From: Thermoplasmata archaeon
GTDB lineage: Archaea; Thermoplasmatota; SW-10-69-26; JACQPN01; JAJPHT01
DNA: 64,000 bases
Assembly: GCA_034667685.1 (NCBI GenBank)
Contig: JAXDQU010000050.1
Coordinates: 35,964 to 99,963 of the forward strand
Direction of reading: 5' to 3'
The position numbers were made by a program, and so were the translations under genes. Numbering within the stretch: the first letter of the stretch is position 1; each line of letters opens with the position of its first letter. Positions 54,438 to 62,810 of this stretch are shown here, piece by piece. The notes beneath the pieces are model-generated. The model did not search any database. It saw only the letters and a program-made list of their open reading frames with translations, and was not told the DNA's origin.

Positions 54438-54866
54438 CTAGGCCGACGCGCCCGACTCCAGGATCTCCTTGAGCCGGAGCAGCGCCTCGTCCGCGCCCTG
54501 CGACGCCTCGCGGCGGAGGTCCTCCTCCGTCACGATCTGCGGCATCTGGTAGGGATACTCCACGTCGGCCACGAGGCGCACGCGCGTCCCGCCGGGCACG
54601 GCCTCCAGCTCGAAGGCGCCCTCGTGGAGCGCGAAGTCGCCCGACACCTGGCGCCAGGCGAAGCGGCGCGCGTCGGAGGCGTCGGTGACGACGGCCTGGC
54701 TCTCGAAGCGGTGCCCCTGCGCGCGGACGACGCGCTCGAAGCGCTCGCCCGGGAGCCGCTGCGCGCGCACGACGCTCGGGTCCCACCGCGCCTGCCGGTC
54801 GGGCAGCAGCCAGGCGAACACGCGCGCGGGCGGCGCCGCGATGTCGATCCGCTTGTCCAGGTGCAC
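54438..54866 (-). CDS. SRPBCC/START-fold protein
   Basis: IDIAAPPARVFAWL...W.P...GTRV pattern. Confidence 0.85.
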   Translation of the reverse strand: MHLDKRIDIAAPPARVFAWLLPDRQARWDPSVVRAQRLPGERFERVVRAQGHRFESQAVVTDASDARRFAWRQVSGDFALHEGAFELEAVPGGTRVRLVADVEYPYQMPQIVTEEDLRREASQGADEALLRLKEILESGASA

Positions 54867-54912
54867 GGCCTCGGGCTCTGCCGGCGCCGGGTATTATGGC
54901 TTGCGACGAGGC

Positions 54913-55080
54913 CAAGGGCAGGGGCAGCGGCAAGTTCTGCCCCGCTGTTCGTCTTCGCGGCGCTCCTTTCCCAACACCGCGCATCCGAGACATCCGCGGA
55001 TGTCGGGATTCTCGGTGTCGGGAAGGGAGCGACCGGCGAACGACCTGGGGACGGGAACTTGCCCGTGCCCGTGCCCTTGA
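54913..55080. repeat. Nested palindromic element, family A copy 2 (inverted relative to copy 1)
   Basis: Inner hairpin 54961-55031 centred on ATCCGCGGAT; outer CAAGGGCA..GGCAAGTTC/GAACTTGCC..TGCCCTTG with 6-bp units. Confidence 0.85.
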
Positions 55081-55083
55081 CCT

Positions 55084-56061
55084 TCAGGAGACGTCGATCG
55101 TCTCGCCGAGCTTCGGCACGCGCAACCGCTCGGGATCGAGCCCCTTCTCCTTCCACCACGCCTCCAGCACGCGCGGGGGCTCGTCGATCGCTTCGTCCGC
55201 GAGGCGGAACGCGCCCCAGTGGATCGGCAGCATCACGCGCGCGCCCGTGTCGAGGAACGCCTGGCCCGCCTCGGGCGGATCGACGTGCACGGGCGCCATG
55301 AACCAGCGCGGCGTGTAGGCGCCGATCGGGATCAGCGCGAGGTCGAGGCCGGGGAACGCCTCGCCGATCTGCCGGAAGCCGGTGAAGTAACCCGAGTCGC
55401 CGGCGAAGTAGACCTTGCTGCCCGCGCTGCCTTCGAGCACCCAGCCGGCCCAGAGCGTCTTGTCGCGCCCCCACGGCGTGCGCCCGCTGAAGTGCTGCGC
55501 GGGGACGCACGTCGCGCGGTGGCCGTCCAGCAGCGCGTCCTCCCACCACGAGCGCTCGACGACGTTCTCGAAGCCGCGCTTGCGGAACCACGCGCCCACG
55601 CCCGAAGGCGCGAAGACCGGCGTCTGGCGCGGGAGGCGCTTCACGGTGGAGGCGTCGAGGTGGTCGTAGTGGTCGTGGCTCTGCACGAGCGCGTCGATCG
55701 GAGGCAGGTCGTCGAACCGCACGCCCGGCTCCGTCTGCCGGCGCACCACACCCCCGAGCCGCCTGGCCCAGACCGGATCGAGGAGGTAGGTCTTGCCGTC
55801 CATCTGGAGGACGAGCGTGGAGTGCCCCACCCACGTGCAGGCGATCCCGCGCCCGGGCGGCGGGCCCAGCTTGCCGCTGCGCTCCACGCGGGGGACGAAG
55901 GGCGTGCTCTCCTCGCGCCTGCGCCGCTCCATGCGCCACTTGACGAGCGCGCGGAACCCGTGCTCCTCGTCGCCCGTCTCCTCGGGCAGCGGCTGCGCGG
56001 GGTGCGTGAACGCCGGATTGACGTAGCGCCCTCCGACGCGGATCGGTTGGAGACGGTCCAT
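55084..56061 (-). CDS. MBL-fold metallo-hydrolase (NAPE-PLD/RomA-like)
   Basis: TWVGHST, SHDHYDHLD, AQHFSGR, YFAGDSGY, PIHWG. Confidence 0.93.
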   Translation of the reverse strand: MDRLQPIRVGGRYVNPAFTHPAQPLPEETGDEEHGFRALVKWRMERRRREESTPFVPRVERSGKLGPPPGRGIACTWVGHSTLVLQMDGKTYLLDPVWARRLGGVVRRQTEPGVRFDDLPPIDALVQSHDHYDHLDASTVKRLPRQTPVFAPSGVGAWFRKRGFENVVERSWWEDALLDGHRATCVPAQHFSGRTPWGRDKTLWAGWVLEGSAGSKVYFAGDSGYFTGFRQIGEAFPGLDLALIPIGAYTPRWFMAPVHVDPPEAGQAFLDTGARVMLPIHWGAFRLADEAIDEPPRVLEAWWKEKGLDPERLRVPKLGETIDVS

Positions 56062-56065
56062 CGAC

Positions 56066-56461
56066 CTACCCTGTCGTCTCGGGCTTCCAGCGCGTGACCT
56101 GATAGCTCTTGCACCGGCGGCACGACCCGAGCTTGCCGGCGGCCTTGCGGTGGACGAAGGTGTAGCCGCAGTCGGCGCAGGCGAGCACGTCGCCGGGCTG
56201 GTAGGCCTCGATGACGCCGCCGCGCACCGTGCGCACGATGTCGCCCACGCGCTCCAGCTCGCGGAGCATGGACTCCAGCAGCGCGGTGCTGTCCTCCAGC
56301 GTCTGCGCGTTGGCGATGTTGCCGCTCTTGGCGCGCAGGAGGAGGATCTCACCGTAGGAGCGGGCCGCGGCGACGGCGTTGGTGACGTCGTGGAGCGCGC
56401 CTTCCATCGAAGGGCCGGTCGGGGCGTTCTGCTTGGGGGGGCGCGTCGGCGCGAAGCTCAC
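56066..56461 (-). CDS. HisKA/DHp-like helical hairpin fused to a CxxC-CxxC Zn ribbon, 131 aa
   Basis: GALHDVTNAVAAARSYGEILL resembles an H-box; second helix LLESMLRELERVGDIVR; CADCGYTF...CRRCKS; GTGA overlap with the receiver gene. Confidence 0.75.
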   Translation of the reverse strand: MSFAPTRPPKQNAPTGPSMEGALHDVTNAVAAARSYGEILLLRAKSGNIANAQTLEDSTALLESMLRELERVGDIVRTVRGGVIEAYQPGDVLACADCGYTFVHRKAAGKLGSCRRCKSYQVTRWKPETTG

Positions 56462-56835
56462 GCGGCGCCCCCGACCGGCCGTCCGGTGGCGGCCGCGATC
56501 GCCTGCACGATCTCGGTGGGCTTGAACGGCTTCTCCAGGATGCCGGAGGCGCCGACGCGCTCCTGGATCTCGTCGAGGTCCATCGAGGCGCTGAAGAGAA
56601 GGATCGGCAGGCGGCCGAGCGCCGGGTCGGCGCGGATGGCGCGCACGAGGCGCTCCAGGTCGAGGCCGGGCATGCGGACGTCCTGGAGCAGCAGGTCGGG
56701 CCGCTCCTTGCGCAGCGTGACGAGCACCTGCGACTGCTCGGCGCACGTCACCACGTCGAACCCCATGTCCGCCAGCAGGAGCTGGGTGCTGCGCAGGATG
56801 CTGACCTCGTCGTCGACCACCAGGATCTTCGTCAT
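56458..56835 (-). CDS. Stand-alone response regulator receiver
   Basis: ILVVDDE, LLLQDVRMP (phospho-Asp), LFSA, EKPF. Confidence 0.95.
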   Translation of the reverse strand: MTKILVVDDEVSILRSTQLLLADMGFDVVTCAEQSQVLVTLRKERPDLLLQDVRMPGLDLERLVRAIRADPALGRLPILLFSASMDLDEIQERVGASGILEKPFKPTEIVQAIAAATGRPVGGAA

Positions 56836-56947
56836 CGTCGGTTCCCCATGCCGCGCAGGATGGGCTTGACGGTCCGGCAGGCCTCATGGCTCTTTCGCCT
56901 ACGCAGGCGGGGGAACCCTTTTCCCCGGGCAGCCGGGTCGCCCGCCT

Positions 56948-58411
56948 GTGCGCCCGCTCCTGGTCCTGCTGAGCCTGCTCCTGGCCGCCCCCGCCCTGGC
57001 CGGGTGTCTCGCGGGCCAGCAGGGCGCGCCCGCCTCACCGGGGCCCACGGCCTCGGAGTACGACGCCATCGAGGCGGCGATCGGCGCGCCGATCAACGAG
57101 TCGCACGACCACAACGACCCCAAGCTCCACCAGGGCAAATACAACCTGGAGCGCGTCGCGGCCGTCACCGGCTACGCGGACCCCGCGCAGGAGCCGCCCC
57201 AGACGTCGTTCGTCGAGACGGCCGTCAAGAACGGCTACGCGTACGTCTGCCGCTCCGGCCCCGACGAAGGGCTCGTGATCTTCGACGTCCACGACATCGA
57301 GCACCCCAAGCAGGTCGGCTACGTCCACCTCGACGCGGGCTTCGAGCCGGACGTCGAGGTCTCGGACGACGGCAAGTGGGCCTTCTGGGAGACGCAGCGC
57401 CTGCCCGGCGAAGGCGCCGACCCGATGGACCCCACCTCCGCGCCGGGCGCCGCGCCCTACGGCATCCACCTCGTCGACATCTCCGACAAGGCGCACCCCA
57501 AGTGGGTCGGCTTCACGCCCGTGGCGCCCAACGGCCCGCACTCCATCACCTACGCGCGCATCAAGGGCGAGGACTACGTCTTCGCCGGCGTCTACTCGTG
57601 GCAATACGTCGGCACCTCCGTGGGCACGCCGACGCTCGCGCCGCCCATGACGCAGCGCCTGGAGATCTACAAGCTCGACACGAGCCTCCCCGTCGCGCAG
57701 CTCACGGAGGTCGCCAGCTACATCGACCCCGACGCCGCCAACGAGAACCCCGCGACGCCCCAGGGCGGCCTCATGCCGCACGACGTGAGCATCACCGTCC
57801 ACCCGATCACGGGGAAGACCTACGCCTACGTCGCCTACTGGGACCTCGGCGTCATCACGCTCGACGTCACCGACCCCGCGCACCCCACCAAGGTCTCCGC
57901 GTTCAAGGACTTCGGCCCCGCGCCCTACAAGGAGGTCCACATGGCGCGCGTCTTCAACCACACCATCGACGGCAAGGTCGTCATGGTCGTGGAGCCCGAG
58001 ATCGGCGGCGAGCCGGACAGCGGCTACATCACCTTCGCCGACGCGACCGACCCCGCGCACGTCACGTACCTGAGCAGTTGGCGCATCCCGGGCAACATCA
58101 CCAGCCAGGGCGGCAGCCTCGGCCCCCATTACTTCGACGTCCTCGACGGCCGCGTCGCCATGGCGAGCTACCACGCCGGATTCTGGGTCATGGACGTCCA
58201 CGACCACGCGAACCTCATGCACCCGCGCACCGTCGCCTACGCCGAGGTCAACGCCACCGGCCAGGCGCTCCCCGGACCCGCCGGCGGGCTGGGCGGCGGA
58301 GCCTCCGCGTTCGACGCCTGGTGGGCCGACGAGACGCACGTCGTGGGCGGCGACGTCCACGCGGGGCTCGTCGTGTTCCGGTACACGGGGCCGGCGCCGG
58401 CTGCGGTGTGA
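56948..58411 (+). CDS. LVIVD-repeat lipoprotein
   Basis: Lipobox LAGC; repeats GLVIFDVHDIEHP, GIHLVDISDKAHP, GVITLDVTDPAHP, GFWVMDVHD. Confidence 0.9.
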   Translation: MRPLLVLLSLLLAAPALAGCLAGQQGAPASPGPTASEYDAIEAAIGAPINESHDHNDPKLHQGKYNLERVAAVTGYADPAQEPPQTSFVETAVKNGYAYVCRSGPDEGLVIFDVHDIEHPKQVGYVHLDAGFEPDVEVSDDGKWAFWETQRLPGEGADPMDPTSAPGAAPYGIHLVDISDKAHPKWVGFTPVAPNGPHSITYARIKGEDYVFAGVYSWQYVGTSVGTPTLAPPMTQRLEIYKLDTSLPVAQLTEVASYIDPDAANENPATPQGGLMPHDVSITVHPITGKTYAYVAYWDLGVITLDVTDPAHPTKVSAFKDFGPAPYKEVHMARVFNHTIDGKVVMVVEPEIGGEPDSGYITFADATDPAHVTYLSSWRIPGNITSQGGSLGPHYFDVLDGRVAMASYHAGFWVMDVHDHANLMHPRTVAYAEVNATGQALPGPAGGLGGGASAFDAWWADETHVVGGDVHAGLVVFRYTGPAPAAV

Positions 58412-58523
58412 CGGCGTGACGCGTGCGGCGCGACGCGGGTGAGCCCGGAAGCAAATGCAGAGCCTCAGAAGCGTCGCGAGGGTGGCTCGAGAGATTTGGC
58501 CGTATGCCGCGCGCTGACCGGGC

Positions 58524-59399
58524 CTATCCTGGAGGGAAGAGTCGCGCGTCGGTGGTTTGCCAACTCCAATCGTAGTCTGGAGAGTGCCACGTCAGATTCC
58601 GTAGACCCATTGAGGGATCGGTCGAGACACGCACTTGCAGGATGAGTGAGTAGGAGTGCGATAGCAGCATTGGAAACGGTCCAGTGCATTGAACCGTCGA
58701 TAGGTTGTCGCTGTAGCCCGGCAATCGAGTCTCGTTGCCAATCTCTAGCCCATTGAACGTTCCCCACTTGACGGCATTGCGGTCATCCCCCCAACCGCAG
58801 ACGAGGCGAGCACTCATCGGAGCACCAGTGTTTCTGACGGATGCCGTGAAGTAAGCCGTCTGATTTGTGGCAGATTGGGACCAGCCAAACATGAACGGCG
58901 TCGAGCGCCTGAAATCAGCCGACTCCGGCGCGTTCACGGGCGAGTTGCCCCACCAGATGAAGTCGTCATCGGTCGTCCAAGCCGTGATTGTTCCGTTGGG
59001 CTCAGTCCGCAAGGCGATCGGTAGTCTAGCTGGGCTGGGCGAGAATACGCCCACTTCGAGGGACCCTCTCTTGATGTTCAGCCAACTACATGTTCCGTCG
59101 GCCTTCACAGCGCGCATTCCTTCCTCCGCAGGACGGTCATTCAGGATGCACATTGCTTGAGAGGCGTTGTCAGGACCGCGGGGCTGAACCGATAGGACGA
59201 GGTTTCCTGAGGATGGTGGAAAGAGCGCGCTCGTCATTGGAGGTGTGACGATTCCGGCGATTAGCCCGAACACCGCGCCGAGCATGCCGGGGACGGCCCA
59301 ATCAGCAATCCTTTGTCTTGTGAAGAACCGTTTCCTGGGTTTCGGTGGAGGTGCCGCCCCAGAGGTGTCCGCGGCCTGAGTCACGCGCGGAAGCAACAT
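58524..59399 (-). CDS. Low-GC membrane-anchored orphan protein, ~291 aa
   Basis: Basic N-terminus, one TM (WAVPGMLGAVFGLIAGIV), beta-rich domain; codon usage is atypical for this window. Confidence 0.7.
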   Translation of the reverse strand: MLLPRVTQAADTSGAAPPPKPRKRFFTRQRIADWAVPGMLGAVFGLIAGIVTPPMTSALFPPSSGNLVLSVQPRGPDNASQAMCILNDRPAEEGMRAVKADGTCSWLNIKRGSLEVGVFSPSPARLPIALRTEPNGTITAWTTDDDFIWWGNSPVNAPESADFRRSTPFMFGWSQSATNQTAYFTASVRNTGAPMSARLVCGWGDDRNAVKWGTFNGLEIGNETRLPGYSDNLSTVQCTGPFPMLLSHSYSLILQVRVSTDPSMGLRNLTWHSPDYDWSWQTTDARLFPPG

Positions 59400-59793
59400 T
59401 ACCGTCCCATGAGCGTATCCTTTCCAGCCGGCTGTCGAATCGGCCTTTTGTGTTCTCGGGGCTGCGTCCGCATCGGTGGCCCGGCTCAGGTTGACGAACG
59501 GCTTGCCCGCGCCGATTCGACCTTTGGCCTGGCACGTGGCGGGAGCGGACGACGGTCCCGCCGGCGGCTCACGCTCACCCAATCGCTGCGCGCCACACGC
59601 CTCCCGCTGCATCTTCTGGACGTCGCACAGTCCGGGATCCTCGCGTTCGGTTCGCGTGGGTCCCCACGAGTCAGCGGCGCGGGGGGAGTCTCGTCCTCAC
59701 GAATCTCCGCGCGCCCCTGCACCCATCGCGGTGAGGCGGCGACACGGCTTTGCATCGCAGCGCGCTCCGGCGGGCACCAAGAGGCTGTTCCGG

Positions 59794-62679
59794 ATGAGGG
59801 TCGCAGTTACACTGATCGCCGTCTTCATGCTCCTGCCCGCCGCGCTGCCGGCGACGAACGCCGCGTTCGCGGATCCGGGTACGGTGCCGCTGCCGGGCTC
59901 GCTCTCGCCGCTCACCTCGCAGGTCGTGGACCTGGGCGTGGCGCCCGACGCGACGCCGGTCCACGTCGTCGTGGGGCTCGACCTCCACAACAAGGCGAAG
60001 CTCGATGCCTTCCTCGCGGAGGTCTCGGACCCGCTCTCGCCGAGCTATCAGAAGTTCCTGACGCAGGACGAGTTCAACGCCCGCTTCGGCCCGACCGCGG
60101 AGCAGGAGGCGCGCGTCGTCCACTGGCTCCTGGGCGCCGGCTTCACGATCGACGAGCGCTTCTCCAACCGTCTGCTCGTCTCGGCGAGCGGCGACAATGC
60201 GGCCGCGCAGCGCGCCTTCGGCGTCAAGGAGCACGACGTCCTCTACGCGGGCGCGCCGCACCGCGCGACGCTCGACGCGCCGCGGGCCCCGGAGGATATC
60301 GCCGCGTTCATCACCGGCGTCTTCGGGCTCGACGACCTCGCGCAGATGCAGGCCATGCACACGCAGCCCGTGCCGCTCGCGGGCGCGACGCCGAAGGCCG
60401 CCGTGGGAGCCTCGTGCTGCGCGTTCGGGCCCAACGACCTGAAGGTGCTCTACGGGAACAGCGCGACGTTCACCGGCACCGGCCAGACCATCGTCATCGC
60501 CGGCGCCTACACGTGGAAGGACACCGACGTCACGAGCTACGACAGCCAGTGGGGCCTGCCCGCGCTGCCCGCCGGCTCCGCGCAGGTGTGCGCCGGCAGC
60601 GGGACGGGCTGCGCGTTCGACGCGAGCAACAGCATCGAGGTCACGCTCGACGTGCAGATGATCCACGCCGTCGCGCCCAACGCCGTCGTCAAGAACTACA
60701 TGGCGCAGACCACCGCGCTCACCGACTTCACGACGATGTACAACAAGGTCGTCACCGACAACCCCGGCCACTCCGTCTCCACGAGCTGGGGCATCTGCGA
60801 GACGAGCGAGGCGACCGCGTCGCAGACGCAGAACGACAACATCTTCGCCAACGGCAACGCCGTGGGCCAGAGCTGGTTCGCCGCGAGCGGCGACTCGGGC
60901 AGCAACGACTGCGGCTCGATCCCCGCGACCAACGTCGTCGACCACCCGGCCAACGCGCCGCACATGATGGGCGTGGGCGGCACGCACGCCAACTGCAGCC
61001 CCGCGATGACGAGCGGCGCGCCCAACTGCCAGGCCTACGGCAGCGAGACCTCCTGGTCCTCGGGCGGCGGCGGCGTCTCCAACGTGTTCGCCAAGCCGAG
61101 CTATCAGACCGGGTGCGGCGTGCCGGCCGACGGCAAGCGCGACGTGCCTGACGTCAGCATGGAGGCCGACACGGCGCCGGGCAACTACGTCTTCTACAAC
61201 GGCGCGTGGAACACCGTGGGCGGCACCTCCGACGCGGCGCCCATGTGGGGCGGCGTCTTCGCGCTGCTCAACCAGAAGCTCGGCGGCAGCGGCCAGGGTC
61301 TTCCCGGCGCGCGCATCTACCAGCTCTGCGGCGGCAACTCATTCCACGACGTGACCAGCGGCAACAATGGCGGCTATAGCGCCGGCGTCGGCTACGACAT
61401 GAACACGGGAGCCGGCACCGCGCAGATCGACAACCTGCTCACCAACTGGCAGGCGCAGTCGTGCCAGGGCACCGCGCCCGCCGCGCCCACCGGCCTGACC
61501 GCGACGGGCGGCACGGGCCAGGTCGCGCTCTCGTGGACCGACGGGAGCAACGGCGGCTGCGCGATCAGCGCGCACAAGGTCTACCGCGGCACCGCGAGCG
61601 GCGGCGAGACGCTTCTGACCACGAGCGGCGCCGGCACGACCTACACCGACACGAGCGTCACCGCGGGCACCACGTACTTCTACAAGGTCACGGCGGTCAA
61701 CAGCATCGGCGAGTCGGCGCAGAGCAACGAGGCGAGCGCCACGCCCACCGCGCCCACGTGCCCCGGCCCCGCGAACAACTGCTTCGCCAGCCCCACCGCG
61801 CTCAGCGGCACGCCGGCCAGCGCGACGCAGAGCACGAGCGGCGCGACCACCGAGACGGGCGAGCCCGCGCCGTGCGGCTCGATCGGCGCGACGGTCTGGT
61901 TCACCTGGACCGCGCCCGGCAGCGGCACCGCGACCGTCAGCACCGTGAGCGGCAGCACGACCTACGACACCGTGCTCGCGGTCTACACCGGCACGAGCCT
62001 GACCGGCTTGACGAACCTCGCGTGCAACGACGACTTCAGCGGCACCCAATCGCAGCTGACGTTCACGTGCACCGCGGGCACGACGTACCGCATCCAGGTG
62101 GGCGGCTACCAGGGCGCCACCGGCACCGCGGCGCTGAGCGTCAGCGGCTGCGCGGCCAGCGCGCAGGAGACGACGGTCTACAGCGCCAACTTCGACACCG
62201 GCAGCGCGACGGGCTGGACCTCCACGGTCGTCTCGGGCACGAACCTCTGGCACGTGGACAGCGCGTGCATCGCCGCCTACAGCCCGAGCTACGACCTCGC
62301 GTACACGCAGACCGGCACGTGCACCTACAACACGGGCGCGCGCACCGCCGCGCACGCGGACACGAGCGTCTCGCTCGCGGGCAAGACCATCTCGGCGCAC
62401 CTGTCGTTCAAGCACTGGTTCCAGGTCGAGCAGGCCGCCGCGGGCTACGACCAGATGAAGGCCCAGTACTCGTGCAACGGCTCGACGTTCACCACGCTCC
62501 AGACGTGGGACGGCGGCAGCACCAACCCCGCGAGCGGCTCGTGGCTGAGCCAGACGTACGACGTCTCCGCCTGCAAGGGCGGCACGCTCTACATCCGGTT
62601 CAACTTCGACAGCGTCGATGGCATCAACAACGCGTTCAAGGGATGGTTCATCGACAACGTGGCCGTGACCGCGGCGTGA
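59794..62679 (+). CDS. Secreted S53 (sedolisin/kumamolisin-type) peptidase with pro-domain, FN3, PPC-like and jelly-roll domains
   Basis: Pro-domain (SDPLSPSYQKFLT.DEF...FGP); catalytic EVTLD, ASGDSG and GGTSDAAPMWGG; Ca site GYDMNTG; FN3 APTGLTAT...YKVTAVN. Confidence 0.93.
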   Translation: MRVAVTLIAVFMLLPAALPATNAAFADPGTVPLPGSLSPLTSQVVDLGVAPDATPVHVVVGLDLHNKAKLDAFLAEVSDPLSPSYQKFLTQDEFNARFGPTAEQEARVVHWLLGAGFTIDERFSNRLLVSASGDNAAAQRAFGVKEHDVLYAGAPHRATLDAPRAPEDIAAFITGVFGLDDLAQMQAMHTQPVPLAGATPKAAVGASCCAFGPNDLKVLYGNSATFTGTGQTIVIAGAYTWKDTDVTSYDSQWGLPALPAGSAQVCAGSGTGCAFDASNSIEVTLDVQMIHAVAPNAVVKNYMAQTTALTDFTTMYNKVVTDNPGHSVSTSWGICETSEATASQTQNDNIFANGNAVGQSWFAASGDSGSNDCGSIPATNVVDHPANAPHMMGVGGTHANCSPAMTSGAPNCQAYGSETSWSSGGGGVSNVFAKPSYQTGCGVPADGKRDVPDVSMEADTAPGNYVFYNGAWNTVGGTSDAAPMWGGVFALLNQKLGGSGQGLPGARIYQLCGGNSFHDVTSGNNGGYSAGVGYDMNTGAGTAQIDNLLTNWQAQSCQGTAPAAPTGLTATGGTGQVALSWTDGSNGGCAISAHKVYRGTASGGETLLTTSGAGTTYTDTSVTAGTTYFYKVTAVNSIGESAQSNEASATPTAPTCPGPANNCFASPTALSGTPASATQSTSGATTETGEPAPCGSIGATVWFTWTAPGSGTATVSTVSGSTTYDTVLAVYTGTSLTGLTNLACNDDFSGTQSQLTFTCTAGTTYRIQVGGYQGATGTAALSVSGCAASAQETTVYSANFDTGSATGWTSTVVSGTNLWHVDSACIAAYSPSYDLAYTQTGTCTYNTGARTAAHADTSVSLAGKTISAHLSFKHWFQVEQAAAGYDQMKAQYSCNGSTFTTLQTWDGGSTNPASGSWLSQTYDVSACKGGTLYIRFNFDSVDGINNAFKGWFIDNVAVTAA

Positions 62680-62810
62680 TCTGGGAAGACGACAAGGACG
62701 GGCGCGGGCCCACCCTTCTCCGTGCCCGCGCCCGTCCTGGTCGAGGCCCCGGCCGTTGAACGGCCTGACCGCAAACCTGAAGGCTCCCCGCGTGGGGTCG
62801 CCGCTGTCTG

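Noticed and set aside
40805-55080. Intergenic repeats as a CRISPR array
   Set aside because: They are isolated inverted repeats with no repeat-spacer periodicity, and there are no cas genes.
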